Source: Macrostomum hystrix (Eukaryota > Animalia > Platyhelminthes). Taken from it: a stretch of DNA of 64,000 nt. Each line of letters opens with the position of its first letter. Position 1 is the first letter of the stretch. Positions 21,155 to 33,803 of the stretch are shown one piece after another. The notes under the pieces were generated by a model. That model did not search any database and was not told the origin of the DNA. It saw nothing but the letters and a program-made list of their open reading frames with translations. Both the position numbers and the translations under genes were made by a program. The stretch covers positions 26,474,001 to 26,538,000 of the forward strand of contig CATNEN010000001.1 in NCBI GenBank assembly GCA_950097015.1. The letters run 5' to 3'.

Positions 21155-22915
21155 ATGAATTTCCTGCAGCTTGTTTTTCGGTTGCTTCTTTTGCTTCCGT
21201 TGTTACACGACAATGTTGCTTCTGGCATCCGGATCTGCAAATCCTTACATATAACCAGCTACGGCTATGAGACCCACAGAAATGTTAGTCGCTTGCAGGC
21301 GGACTTAACGGCTTTAGTAGCTGGCTGCCAGTATGTTTTCGGCAACGTGAAATTGAGCAATATAGGTATTGACGAATTAACATACGAACCGCTGGACGAT
21401 GAAATTCGAGACATGCAAACTGACTTTCTTGACTCCATTGTGGAGATTAGAGGAAAAATTGTGATCCGGTTCGTCAACCTTGAGCGCGTCACCTTCCGCA
21501 ACTTGCGCACCATCCGAGGTTCCGCTATTGAAAAATTTTCTGGCTACACATTTGGAATATTCAATTCGCCGAACTTGAGCAAGCTGGAATTGCCCAAGTT
21601 GACAGCTATCACAAAGCGAAATGTTTATACGATTGGGCTAGAAATTAAGTCTAGCTTGTACTGCTACCTGTCCTACAGTATCAACTGGAGAAGCCTGTTT
21701 CATGAACCACACCAGCGCTATTTTGATAAAGTGTTATCTGTTACTACTGGAGATGGCCAAAATGTTATGAAAAGCTCGAACTCGAGTGTGATTGATAGGC
21801 ATACCTGCAGTCGTCAGATTTCCTGTCACGCTAATTGTACTCGTAATCCAATTTATAACCAAACTTGCTGGTCCGACGGTGTTGATGGCTGCCAAAGTAA
21901 TCATCTGTGTCGTAAGCGCAAGTGTAAATTTACGAACCTATGCTTCCATAACCCGAGCACTGGCCAAGAAGACTGCTGCCACGACGACTGCCTTGGCGGA
22001 TGCTCAAACCGGCCCAACGAGTGCTTCGCCTGTCGGAGAGGAGTATTGTTCAATGGTGTCTGTAGAGAATCCTGTCCGTCGAATACTAGTACCGCTAGTG
22101 GTAATGGCACTGGCGTGACTGTTTGGCGACAGATCGGCAACATCTGCGTAGAGAAGTGCTCACTGCCCTTTGTTGTTAGCTCTGACGGCAGGCGCTGTTT
22201 AATCGAGTGTCCATCAGCAGAAGTCCCTATCAAAGGAGTTTGCACAAAGTGTATTGACAAAATTAGCTCTAAGCCCTGCAAATCGTGCAATGTCTTCTTT
22301 AGAATATCTAAAAAATTAGCATACTCATTGAGGACTGAGCAGTGTTCGATTTGGAGGGCCGATTCTTCTCTATACGTGTATGCTAGTGATCTAAGTAGCT
22401 TAGAATACCTTAGAGCATTCGAGAATTTAGAGTACTTTTACGGAAGTCTAATAATTGAGACATCTGCATACTTACCAGACAATCTCCGATTCCTACGTAA
22501 TATCAAATACGTCACTGATTCATTTGAGATTTTCTCGCTCAATACGAGATACCTCGGACTAGCTAGCTAACGGTCAATAGCTAGCTTGGAATATACTCGT
22601 GACCTTCAGCTTAGGAATATTAGTGATCTTTGCAGAGCCTGGTATCCAAGCAATCGAATCCGAGAAATCCAGGAAGTCACTAAAGAATTTCAAATTACAA
22701 TAGAAAACCTGAGCTTTGATGACAGCAGCGAGATTTGCCGGAACGCTACCTGCGATGCTCAGTGCCAGGACGAATGCTGGGGACCCGGTCCAGACATGTG
22801 CGTGGCGTGTCGGAACTTCAAAGTGAACGGCCGCTGCTATGCCACCTGTGCGGAGTCGGGCAGGATTGAAGTAAATGGGAATTGTGAACTGCCTGTGCCA
22901 CAGCTAATCGGCTAA
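21155..22915 (+). pseudogene. Secreted EGFR-ectodomain-like gene, copy 1 (premature stop at 22568-22570)
   Basis: Same architecture as copies 2 and 3. An 18-bp in-frame insertion introduces TAA in L2, giving a 471-aa product; the frame resumes at 22586. Confidence 0.88.
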
Positions 22916-25900
22916 TGCGATGAAGGCTGCAACGGTCCAGGGCGTGATCAGTGTGTGAACTGAGAAGTTTCGTTACGAACAAATCAGTGCTTCATTGTAA
23001 TGAGACTAAATTTGAGCTACTAATAGTAAACCAATATCCCTATGAAAATTCTAAGATGAAATTTGGAACAATTTGTTTGTCTTCAATTAGTCGATTAGCA
23101 CATGCAGTGGCACACCATCAAGGCAAGCCGTTGTGGCCATATTTGGTCACCTGAGTTTGACGTCGCCATTTGTTGAAGCCAGTCAGGAAAAGACCTTCAG
23201 CACTTGAGTGTTTTTAGTTTTCGATACCTAAATAAAAATAGACTCGTACTTCAAAATCAAATACTACTACTCACAGTAGTATTTGTCGTGCATGCACGAC
23301 ATGCACGCATGCACGTCCTTCATAAGCTTGTGCATTGCTGTAGCTGAGTAAATCATTTGCCTATCAAGTATTTAATCAACAAGGTGCTTTGTGGCTCGCA
23401 CTTTTACTCAGCAGCAGAGCTGCACAATGTCTACTCGATGTACTCGAATTAGGCGTTGAGTTGAAAAGTCAGGGTTTTGTGAAGAGTCTTACACGGGTAT
23501 AACTCCCTTGCTGCTTTTATTATATCCAGTTTAGTGTTGCTATCGGCATGCGTTTACTGGTGTTATTTTACGGAGCGTCACTTCTAGGCACTACAGACTC
23601 AAGGATGCTACTTTCTTTAGATTGTTCGCTCAAGCTAGTTTACAATATTAGATCTCGCTTCTCTGCGACTACTGGTCTGAGTACAGAGACAATTCAACTC
23701 AGGAACGAAATCTCAACTCGCGATAGCTCGAGCAAAGCTGTGAGCCATTTCTCTCGACTTAACTAAGGTATTTAACGGTTGAAAGGAGAGAAATGTGTCA
23801 AGCCAAACACGCGCGCACACACAATAGCTAAGGGCTACTGCGTGCATCCAATGATTGGATAGAGGTGCTGCACATATAAAATCCGATTTCGTCGTTAATG
23901 GACGTTTAATGGGCGCATTCTGAGCCACGAATCTATCGTCTATGGTTGGAAAATGCGAAGTCTTGAACCAGTGTGCCATATTATGGTCCCGAAAACGGGG
24001 CCCATTAAACCGTATAATGGGCGCCAAATAATGGGCCGCAAATCATTTATTGACGCGAAACGTTTCAAACATGTTTAAACAAGTAGAATAAGCGACAACT
24101 AAGTAGTTAATAGTCAGTGGCAGTAACGGTCAATACCCAGCGTGAGGTAAACATCGTTAGTCGAATTTGATCACGATCCTGCCACCCTCGATGACAAGAG
24201 ACTTGACCCCGTGGCCAGCAGTGGACTTACCGGAGTCCGCTTGATGGACCACTGACGTTCGTCAGACGACTGGAGTCCTGCAAAGCGTCAGAGGCAATCC
24301 TCGTAACCTTGGCCGATGGGCCTATTCTCATTCGAAATATTATGATCTCAAAATAAAAATTAATAATAATGATTGCTTCTCGATATTCGAGACACTTTTC
24401 TTAAGCTCTGAAAATAAAACAACGCTAGCAGCTACGCCTGCTCAATCAGTCCTCTTTTAGAATTTAATCGTAGATCGTATAACGCTTGAAGAAATGCTCG
24501 AAAAGAAGTTAAAAATTAAAACAAATGACGCATTTAGCTCGTAGCTATGCTCAACATTTTTTTTCTAGTTCTGATTCGGATAACGCTTGCAGTTATGTTG
24601 GATAATTTTTGTTAGCTTGGAATACAAAAAAATGCTAACAGCAACGTAAGCTCAGTCTTCACTTCTTTTTTAATCCTATTGAATATTGCTTGCATGAATG
24701 CTTAAAAACGCTGAAAGTTAAAAGGAACAATCGCATTGCTCAAAGTATTTTCTAATATTTCTGAATCAATAAACCATGGCAGATATGCTCGAAAATTCTT
24801 TCCTCAGTTTTGTAGCGAATAAAACTTGCTGCACTCAAATTTTTTGGGGGGGCGCCCACCCCCAGCCCGCTCCTTATCTGCCTGTCTGGCTTGGAGATCG
24901 GGCCACCTTCCGCCACTCCCCCTCTCCGCCGCTACCCACCTTCCCTCGCTCTCACCACTTCCGCCGCTCCACTCCTTAGCGTAGGGATTTTGCCTACGCT
25001 AGTTTGCCGGCATTTCTTTGTGTCCTGAACCCATTGTGCCACACCACCTAGCCTTCTAGTCTCAGTAGTGCACCGCCATACGATGACGCCACGCCCTAGC
25101 CACCGGCAACTCAGTCTCTATCATACTTACTTCATAATTGTTGCCCGCCGCGGTGCAAGAAGGGATTCAACCCTACGTGAAGACCCTGTTTTATTGTTAC
25201 TATTGTTGCTATATGTCGCTAATACCGAGCGAGTCTGTATGTACACCTATATCCTCTACGTCGCCAATAATAATACTCGTCATCATCTACTACAACCGTC
25301 ATTGCCCGAGTGCTACTGCTAGACAAATATTCGCCGTGTTTGTCGTTATTTATTCCACCTGGGTCCTCACCGAGAGCGTCACATTATTTCTTCGATAATT
25401 CGCTTTTACCATTTCGATAAATAATGTTACCCCCTCCATTATTTTTGCCAGCCACTTGATAAATTATTCTACCCCATTGATTATTTATACTCCACCTTGA
25501 TAATTTATGCTTTCCTCATGATAAATTTTGTTTACCTCTCGATAATTCATTCTCTCCCTCGATAATTCATGCTTCCCTGTTAATCTATCTACTGATTAGC
25601 TACTATCATATCTTTTCTATGGATAATTATGCTTTCTTCTTGATAGTAAATGTTTCCTCTTGGATAAATTATGCTTCCACATCGATTATTAATGCTATCT
25701 TTTGGAAATCTCATGCTTTCCCCCAGAAATATCATGCTTATCTTGCTAAACAACTCGTAAAAACGATACAATTGAAAAAGCTAAACGCTAATATTGCTGT
25801 GGTTTAAATGTTGCCTTATATTTCTAAATCTAATTACGCTTGCAGCAACGTGCGAAAAATCTGTCCTTAGTTTTATACTGAATAACGCCTTTTTACCGAA

Positions 25901-27379
25901 AGACTATATTTTTTCACTATATTATTACTCGTACCCAAAAGAGCTGAATAAAAATGTAAATAGAAAACAGTTACTGATAATTATGCATAACAATAATTAG
26001 CTACCCCTTGATAGATCATACTACCCCTCAATAATTCCTGCTAGTGTTGTAGTGCTGCTTTTTAATAGCACTTCCCTAGTAATTTAACTTCCTCTATTAG
26101 TAATGCATAATGCAAGTGGTTGGCTTAACCTCCTTATTTATTGTTTTCAGTCACTTAAAGTGACCTGTACAATCATTATACCGCACCCCTGTTGGGTGGA
26201 TTGATTCAAACTACTGAGATTTTGGGTAGCGTGGCTTTCAACACGATAGATCTGGCCTTCTGCCAGTAATGTTCTAGATACTAAATCTAGGTAATTCTGG
26301 AGACACTGCGGCTCTCAGGTGTTTCAGACAATTTAGTCAGATATTTCGGGCTCTCTGGCCAGTCTGTACTCGGGCTTCTCCCGGATCGGTTTTTAACGGT
26401 TTCCACTCACTTAGAAATAAGTAAGGCTTTTGAGTATGCTCACAAAGAGACAGAACTGTTTAAGCTCCAATTTAATGGCAGACCAAACGGTTAGCTTCCT
26501 GTATGAAAACCCCTCTGTATTTATACCAAAAATCCTATCGAATATTCCCAGTATATTTCAGTGGAGTAAAACAAAGTTTATGTATAGATATTTGTAGCAT
26601 ATAAAAAATATGCTACATATTTAGATGTTTTAACATGTTTTAACATGTTCTAACATGTTAAATGTTTAACATTTAACATGTTAGATGTTAAATTTATTTC
26701 GCGCGCTAGTTTAATTTGGCCAATGAGAGCCCTTTACACTATCCCTAAATAAATTATTCTATCCTTTTGAAAAAAGTGCTATACCCTGAAAGTATTATGT
26801 TATCCTAGAAATCTCATGCAATGTACATTAAGTTAGCACATTAAGTTAGCCATATATTAACGCACGTAGGGTGCTACAAGTAGTGACGCAATCCTATTCA
26901 ATTGAGAGCATCCGCCCTGTTCTGTGCTACTAACGCACGCACGGGCGAGAAAAAGCACAGATGCAATCTAATAAAGCTGACAGTGTCCGGCCCTATTCTA
27001 TACAGAAAAAACTGGGTCTATTGTATTCTGGATCTATTCTAACAGAAAATGACTGCTTTTTCGAATATTAAATGCCTTTAAAATTAGCAAATAATTCGAA
27101 AAACGTGTACCATCTCGTTAAGAAGGCAAATATTTTAGAGAAAGAATCGCGAAAATCGGACAACGTTTTTGCTAGAACAACGACAAGACCACATTTTACA
27201 TTGAGTGAATGGACACACACACTTTTAGCATAATAGAAGATAGAGAGTACAACATCCCTCCCAATAGCTCGTATTGGTTAACGACTGAGGAATAGAGAAT
27301 GATTAAAATAAGCATTTTGTTTCCACGCATGCGAAGCTCACAAAAGGTAACGTAGTTTGGCACGGGACACAAACTTAAA

Positions 27380-27912
27380 TGCAGTAGGTAAGTCAGATTG
27401 TCACAGTCAAGTCCTTGTTAGCGGTTCGCTTTACTTTGACACCGGATGCTGCCATCGACTGGCGTTCCGAACATCAGATCGGCGGCGGAGATTCCCGTGA
27501 CGGTGTGTGGCGTGTTGCTGTACACGGCGAGCCACTCTCGCAGCGCAGCTCGCCAATCAGTTTCTTGGGCTTCAGAAATGCAGAGCAGCTTGCTGAGGGA
27601 CCGATTTAGTTGCTCTGTAATGCCATTTAATTTGCAGTGGTATCGTCTGATGCGTAGATGGCTAATCCTGAGACTTTTGACAAAGCTGTTCAACACCTTT
27701 GATGCAAACAGTGGGCTGTTGTCGGATACAACCTGTCCTGCGGTTCCGAACGTTCCGAAGATCTGCTGCAGTTTTTTGATAGTGGCTTCTGCTGTCAGCG
27801 ATTTCCTGGCACAACGAATGGGTAGCGTTAGAAATGTTCGACAACTACCATGAAGTGCCGGCCGTTAATTGGCACGAGGAAGTCAAACCCGACGGTCTCT
27901 GGCGCTGAGTCT
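27380..27912 (-). pseudogene. LTR-retrotransposon integrase remnant
   Basis: TAEATIKKLQQIFGTFG...VVSDNSPLFAS...YHCKLNGITEQLNRSL is a degenerate rve core with frameshifts. Confidence 0.75.
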
Positions 27913-28255
27913 CTGGCCTTGACAGAAAAGCATGAGAAATGATACGCGGGAAAGGATGGAAGGAGAGCGTCGCGATGTTACAGATTTCGCGACACTCAGG
28001 AAATCCTACTCAGAAGTGCGGATATCCCTTTCGAATTTCCTTGTTCTCCATTGCCTACCCTAATAAGTCGTTGCGTTGCTTTAAGGCGAGGGACTCAGCC
28101 TTTTCACAATATTCAGCATCAGACCTTTGGTGCAGTGCTAGGGCTACCGCTGCATGGTCTCTATTAAAACTACTTAGTGGCTTTTAAAGGCCGATTGTAG
28201 GCACAATCGCGCTGCTATGCCGAGTGTTTTGAATGTCGTCCGTACTGCATTTCAG

Positions 28256-28528
28256 ACAACAAGACCTTCACAAAGACTGACAGGCCAACCAAGACAGTCA
28301 CCGCCACTGTTGCAACTAACTGGACTGTGTCCATTAGGAACGACCTCTTCTGTCTGGAGAAGTGCGCCAGCAGCCCCAGCTGCCAGGCTGTGATTTTCAA
28401 CGAACGGCAGCTGCTGTGCCACCTGCTCAGGTTTTTTTGAGTGCCACTCAAGCTCAAGAATTCTCCGAACAACTTACAACGCGGATCACAAAAATATCTG
28501 GAGAACTAAGGCAGGGACCACTGAGTAA
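28256..28528 (+). pseudogene. Orphan PAN/apple-domain exon
   Basis: Acceptor CTGCATTTCAG, phase 1; translates ..FCLEKCASSPSCQAVIFNERQLLCHLLRF, paralogous to 60354-60592. No upstream exon is visible. Confidence 0.7.
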
Positions 28529-29239
28529 ATCGCCAGGGGAAAAAGCATCCGAAATCTCACATTTTCTCGCAACCATTGCCGATCCAAACATTTCCTTCAC
28601 CTGCTACATATAGGTTAATATAAACGAAATGTCAAGATACGAGCGTAGGCCAAAGTTGAGTTACGAGTTACATAATTGACTGCTCATATATAGAAGTTAG
28701 CACATTAAAACGTATTTAAAACTAGTCTATTTAACTGCATATTATTTATACGCGGTTTTGAGGTCCTTAATGAAACAAAAAACTATTCTGTTATACTGCC
28801 AAACATGGAAAAACGAAGGTTAAGGGTCTCAAAATGTCCTGTTTGTTTCTAGATCAGAAATACTTGGCAGAATGTGATTTGTACAAAGTTAAAATCTGTT
28901 TCTTTACACGAAAACGTTACAAAACCAGAGTGATGCAGAACCGAGATTGAAACGCGAAATATTTCATATTTCCGTTTAACAATTCTTCTAGCTTGCTTAT
29001 ATGGTTTTTCGATTTCAATTTTTTCAGTTTTACTTCACTAGCTTCTGCGCCATAAAATTTATTATTCTACCAATATGACTCATGTAAACGAAAAAGTACT
29101 GTTGGGAACTGAACTGAATATTGCTTGTACTCTCTTGCTAGCAATTAGACTTTTCTTTTCTGCGTGGCCTTTAAGTGACAACCAGGCATCTATTGGATAA
29201 TTATCTGCATTGGATAATATTGGAAAATTACCTATTGCA

Positions 29240-30600
29240 GCTGCCGAAGACCGCGTACAACGTTCCAGCCCCCAGAACCTGCCGTCTATTGCCAGCACGA
29301 TCGCCATAGTCCCGAGGAGAGGTCCCCGCGGCGGGTGCCGATCGCCATTATCCTGAAGAAAGGCAAGAAATCCGATGAGATTGGCTTCTTCTGGTCGATT
29401 GCCCTGAACTCAAGGCTGGCTAAGCTAGCCGAGCGTTTGGTCCAAGCGTGGCTCTACGGGTGGGCCGAGTTCCAGCAACTGCGGCACACCTTTTACTTTT
29501 TACTTAATTGCAGGGGGCCTGGGGCACTTGACGCACAAGCGCAGGAACGACTAGGCGGGAGTCGCCCATCGCGCCATCTGCACCCCTGGACACAGGAACC
29601 TCACACAGCCGCAAGCCAAGTGGGGAAGGGGGCGGCAGCCGGAGTGCCACTATCTCACCACAGGCCCGCACACGCACAGAGCAGACCAAACCAGGGGAGG
29701 ACTTCGATGCCTGAAGGGTAGGGTCGAGAGGACCAAGCCACGCGCGCAGACGGCTGGTGAAACCTCGCCGCTCAGAGCACGCATGGCTGGTGCACACCCG
29801 CCCCACCCCCATACAACGCCTCACACCCGGCCCAACGCACAAACACAAACACAAACAAGCAGGCATGCAGAAGGCAGGGGTTAGGCTATTCTAAATTAGC
29901 TTTGGTTGCACAGAATAAGGTGCATCTCCGCAAGTCACTACTTCGCAAATCTCCAGCTAAGCCCCGAAATAATCGTGACTTGGAGGGAGGAACGAACCAG
30001 CGACCATTGGAAAGTGAGGCAGCGACATTAGCCGCTGACCCACTCACCCCCTCCTGCTGCACCCCACTCAGGCCGGTCGATGCGCAGCAGCAGATTGCCC
30101 GGCTTACTCAGCTCATCAGTGACGGCCACCAGAAGCCAGACGGATGGTTGCCGTCTTGTTTGAGTTCCGTAGACTGTCTAGAATCAGGGTCTGTTGCACA
30201 TGCTGCACGCCGCCTGGATCTGGCCGCGGGCGTTCGCTGGCAAACAAGCCTCTTGGCTGACCGACGAGCTGCTGTCAAGGCGCATGGCGCGCTGAGCAGC
30301 CCGGATCTTTCGCTAGGCCCTGCCGCAGTCGCGTTCTCGCCCCACTCCTCTTAGCGCTGAACATCAACGACCTACCCGGCTGCTGTCAGAGTACGTGTAT
30401 TCTGGATGAACTTTGCTTGACGCAGATGATCTCGCCGTCGCGGTGCAAGGCTTGACTCCGGAGGAGGCCGAGGCGAAAGCGCAGCGGGCAATTGACGCGG
30501 TCACCGCCTGAGAGAAGACTGGTTTATCTTTGGCTAAACGATATAACTTTCGCCTTGGACCGCCAGCAGCGCTTCCTCGGCATCATCCTGGATCACTGAA
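29240..30600 (+). pseudogene. Non-LTR retrotransposon RT remnant interrupted by a SINE
   Basis: ILKKGK..SIALNSRLAKLAERLVQAWL..LHPTQAG..QQIARLTQLISDG..ADDLAVAV, with stops and frameshifts. Confidence 0.75.
29491..30054 (-). mobile_element. tRNA-derived SINE (family 1)
   Basis: Homologous to 12552-13155; head has TGGGTCAGCGG and GGTTCGTTCC boxes; degenerate ~11-bp TSD TGCTGCAC(A/C)CC. Confidence 0.8.
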
Positions 30601-31333
30601 ATCGGGGTTTCCAGGCCTCTATCGGCGTCAATATTGCACCTGCCTGCGTTTTTTATACGAGATTGAGGAGAAGGCCGCTTACCTGTTTATTAACTAGCCT
30701 AGCTTACGAGCCCTGTCTCTTCACCTCCACAAAGAAGTGGGCTAACGTTACAGCCTGAGCAGATCTCGGATATCTCCTGCTGTTTCCTGTTGCGAACAGA
30801 GCGGTTGGGCGCTGGCCAGACATCCGTTCTGAGGAGAGAACGCTTGGGCGAAGCGCTCGCAGGCAGCTCGCTCAGCTGCGCAGCAGGCTGTCTCCCCTCC
30901 TAGCCGCCTGCATGGCCCGCACACACACACATACACACACACACAAACATTTTCAAACTCCTTCAGGAAGCAAAAATGATTCACTTAAATTTAGTCTTTC
31001 ACGCTTCTTTTACTGAGAATTGCCCGAGTTGGAGCACAGTTAACTCCTGGAATTTAAGAGACAAAAATAAAACAGGCCAAAGTCATTTGACTTGTGATTA
31101 TTGATTGATTTTTATACCTCGTTTTGAGAAAAATGTTTTGAGTAAGTTTTTCTGCAGAGTCAGAGAAACGGGCAAAATGTGGCAAGTGGTGTTCTTTTTT
31201 GCTGAATAATTTGCCTGCGAAAGAATTTTGTTTTCGACGAGTCGCATTTAATTCAATTGGTATTTAAAGAAGTGAAACCTTCAGAGCTGGGAATCAAAAT
31301 CGAAAGAAAGCACTACAGAGGTGATTTAAGAAA

Positions 31334-33082
31334 ATGAATTTCCTGCAGCTTGTTTTTCGGTTGCTTCTTTTGCTTCCGTTGTTACACGACAATGTTGCTT
31401 CTGGCATCCGGATCTGCAAATCCTTACATATAACCAGCAAGGGCTATGAGACCCACAGAAATGTTAGTCGCTTGCAGGCGGACTTAACGGCTTTAGTAGC
31501 TGGCTGCCAGTATGTTCACGGCGACGTGACATTGGACAGAATAGGCTTTAGCGAATTCACAAACAAACAGCTTGGCGATGAAATTCGAGGCATGCAAACT
31601 GACTTTCTTGACTCCATTGTGGAGATCAGAGGAAAACTAGTGATCGAGCAAGTCAACCTTAAGCGCGTCACCTTCCGTAACTTGCGCACCATCCGAGGTT
31701 ATGCTTTTAATGAATCTACTGACTTCCCATTATATTCATTTGTATTATTCTTTTCGCGGTACATGAGGAAGCTGGAATTGCCCAAGCTGACTGCAATCAC
31801 AAAGAAAAATGTATATCTATTGGGGCCAATGCAGTCTAGCTTGTACTGCTACCTGTCCTACAGCATCAACTGGAGAAGCCTGTTTCAAGAACCAGGCCAG
31901 CGTTATTTTGATAACATATTTTCTGTTATTACAGAAGAAGGCCCAGATCTTTTGAGACGCTGGAGCTCACATGTGATAAGGCATACCTGCAATCGTCTGC
32001 TTTCCTGTCACGCCAATTGTACTCAAACTCCAATTTATAACCAAACTTGCTGGTCCGACGGTGTCGATGGCTGCCAAAGTAATCATCTGTGTCGTAAGCG
32101 CAAGTGTAAATTTACGAACCTATGCTTCCATAACCCGAACACTGGCCAAGAAGACTGCTGCCACGACGACTGCCTTGGCGGTTGCTCAAACCGGCCCAAC
32201 GAGTGCTTCGCCTGTCGGAGAGGAGTATTGTTCAATGGTGTCTGTAGAGAATCCTGTCCGTCGAATACTAGTACCGCTAGTGGCAATGGCACTGGCGTGA
32301 CTGTTTGGCGACAGATCGGCAACATCTGCGTAGAGGAGTGCTCACTGCCCTTTGTTGTTAGCTCTGACGGCAGGCGCTGTTTAATCGAGTGTCCGTCAGC
32401 AGAAGTCCCTATCAAAGGAGTTTGCACAAAGTGTATTGACAAAATTAGCTCTAAGCCCTGCAAATCGTGCAATGTCTTGTCTAGAATGACTGACGATTTA
32501 GTATACTCCTTGAGGACTGAGCAGTGTTCGATTTGGAGGGCCGATTTTTCTGTTCTAGTCGTGTATGCTGATTGGTTGAGTAGCTTAGAAAACCTGAAAG
32601 TATTGGAGAATTTAGAGTACTTTTACGGCAATTTAATATTTCAGAAATCTCAACGCTTGACAGATAATCTTCGATTCCTACGTAATATCAAACATGTCAC
32701 TTCTTCCTTTGAGATTACATTTCTCAAGACGAGATACCTCGGACTAGCTAGCTTGGAATATACTCCTAACCTTGAGCTTAAGGATATTAGAGATCTTTGC
32801 AGAGCCTGGTATCCTAGCAATCGAATCCGAGAAATCCAGGAAGTCACTAAAGAATTTCAAATTACAATCGAAAACCTGAGCTTTGATGACAGCAGCGAAA
32901 TTTGCCGGAACGCTACCTGCGATGCTCAGTGCCAGGGCGAATGCTGGGGACCCGGCCCAGACATGTGCGTGGCGTGTCGGAACTTCACAGTGAACGGCCG
33001 CTGCTATGCCACCTGTGCGGAGTCGGGCAGGATTGAAGTAAATGGGAATTGTGAACTGCCTGTGCCACAGCTAATCGGCTAA
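31334..33082 (+). CDS. Secreted EGFR-ectodomain-like protein, copy 2 (582 aa, intronless)
   Basis: Signal peptide; L1 (GCQYVHGDV, FLDSIVEIRG, NLRTIRG, CYLSYSINW); furin-like Cys-rich region (CCHDDCLGGC..CFACR..GVCRESCP); L2; domain IV (CWGPGPDMCVACRN). No TM helix; AATAAA about 315 bp downstream. Confidence 0.92.
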   Translation: MNFLQLVFRLLLLLPLLHDNVASGIRICKSLHITSKGYETHRNVSRLQADLTALVAGCQYVHGDVTLDRIGFSEFTNKQLGDEIRGMQTDFLDSIVEIRGKLVIEQVNLKRVTFRNLRTIRGYAFNESTDFPLYSFVLFFSRYMRKLELPKLTAITKKNVYLLGPMQSSLYCYLSYSINWRSLFQEPGQRYFDNIFSVITEEGPDLLRRWSSHVIRHTCNRLLSCHANCTQTPIYNQTCWSDGVDGCQSNHLCRKRKCKFTNLCFHNPNTGQEDCCHDDCLGGCSNRPNECFACRRGVLFNGVCRESCPSNTSTASGNGTGVTVWRQIGNICVEECSLPFVVSSDGRRCLIECPSAEVPIKGVCTKCIDKISSKPCKSCNVLSRMTDDLVYSLRTEQCSIWRADFSVLVVYADWLSSLENLKVLENLEYFYGNLIFQKSQRLTDNLRFLRNIKHVTSSFEITFLKTRYLGLASLEYTPNLELKDIRDLCRAWYPSNRIREIQEVTKEFQITIENLSFDDSSEICRNATCDAQCQGECWGPGPDMCVACRNFTVNGRCYATCAESGRIEVNGNCELPVPQLIG

Positions 33083-33803
33083 TGCGATGAAGGCTGCAAC
33101 GGTCCAGGGCGTGATCAGTGTGTGAACTGAGAAGTTTCGTTAAGAACAAATCAGTGCTTTATTGTAATGAGACTAAATTTGAGCTACTAAAGTAAACCAA
33201 GATCCCTATGAAAATTCTAAGATGAAATTTTGGAACAAGTTTTTGTCTTCAAATAGTCGATTAGCACATGCAGTGGCACACCATCAAGGCAAGCCGTTGT
33301 GGCCATATTTGGTCCCCTGAGTTTGACGTCGCCATTTGTTGAAGCCAGTCAGGAAAATTACTTCAGCACTTAAGTGCTTTTAGTTTTTGTATACCTAAAT
33401 AAAAATAGAAAATTGACTCAAACTCTAAAATCAAATACTACTACTCACAGTAGTATTTGTCGTGCATGCACAACATGCACGCATGCATGTCTTTCATAGG
33501 CTTGTTCAGTGCTCTAGCTGAGTAAATCATTTGCCTATTAAGCATTTAATCAACAAGGTGCTTTGTGACTCGCACTTGTACACAGCAGCAGAGCTGTACG
33601 ATGTCTACTCGATGTACTCAAAATAGGCGTTGAGTTGAAAAGTCAACGTTTTGTGAAGAGCCTACACAAGTACCCTTGCTGCTCTTATTATATCCGGTTT
33701 AGTATATATCGGCATGCGTTACTGGGGTTATTTTACGGAGCGTCACTTCTTGGCACTACAGACTCAAGGATGCTACTTTCTATAGATTGTTCGCTCAAGC
33801 TAG

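Noticed and set aside
24976-25002. Hairpin TAGCGTAGG-n7-CCTACGCTA as a terminator or ncRNA (also ~35887)
   Set aside because: The context is eukaryotic and the second copy is just the segmental duplicate; it may be a TE end, but no partner terminus was found.
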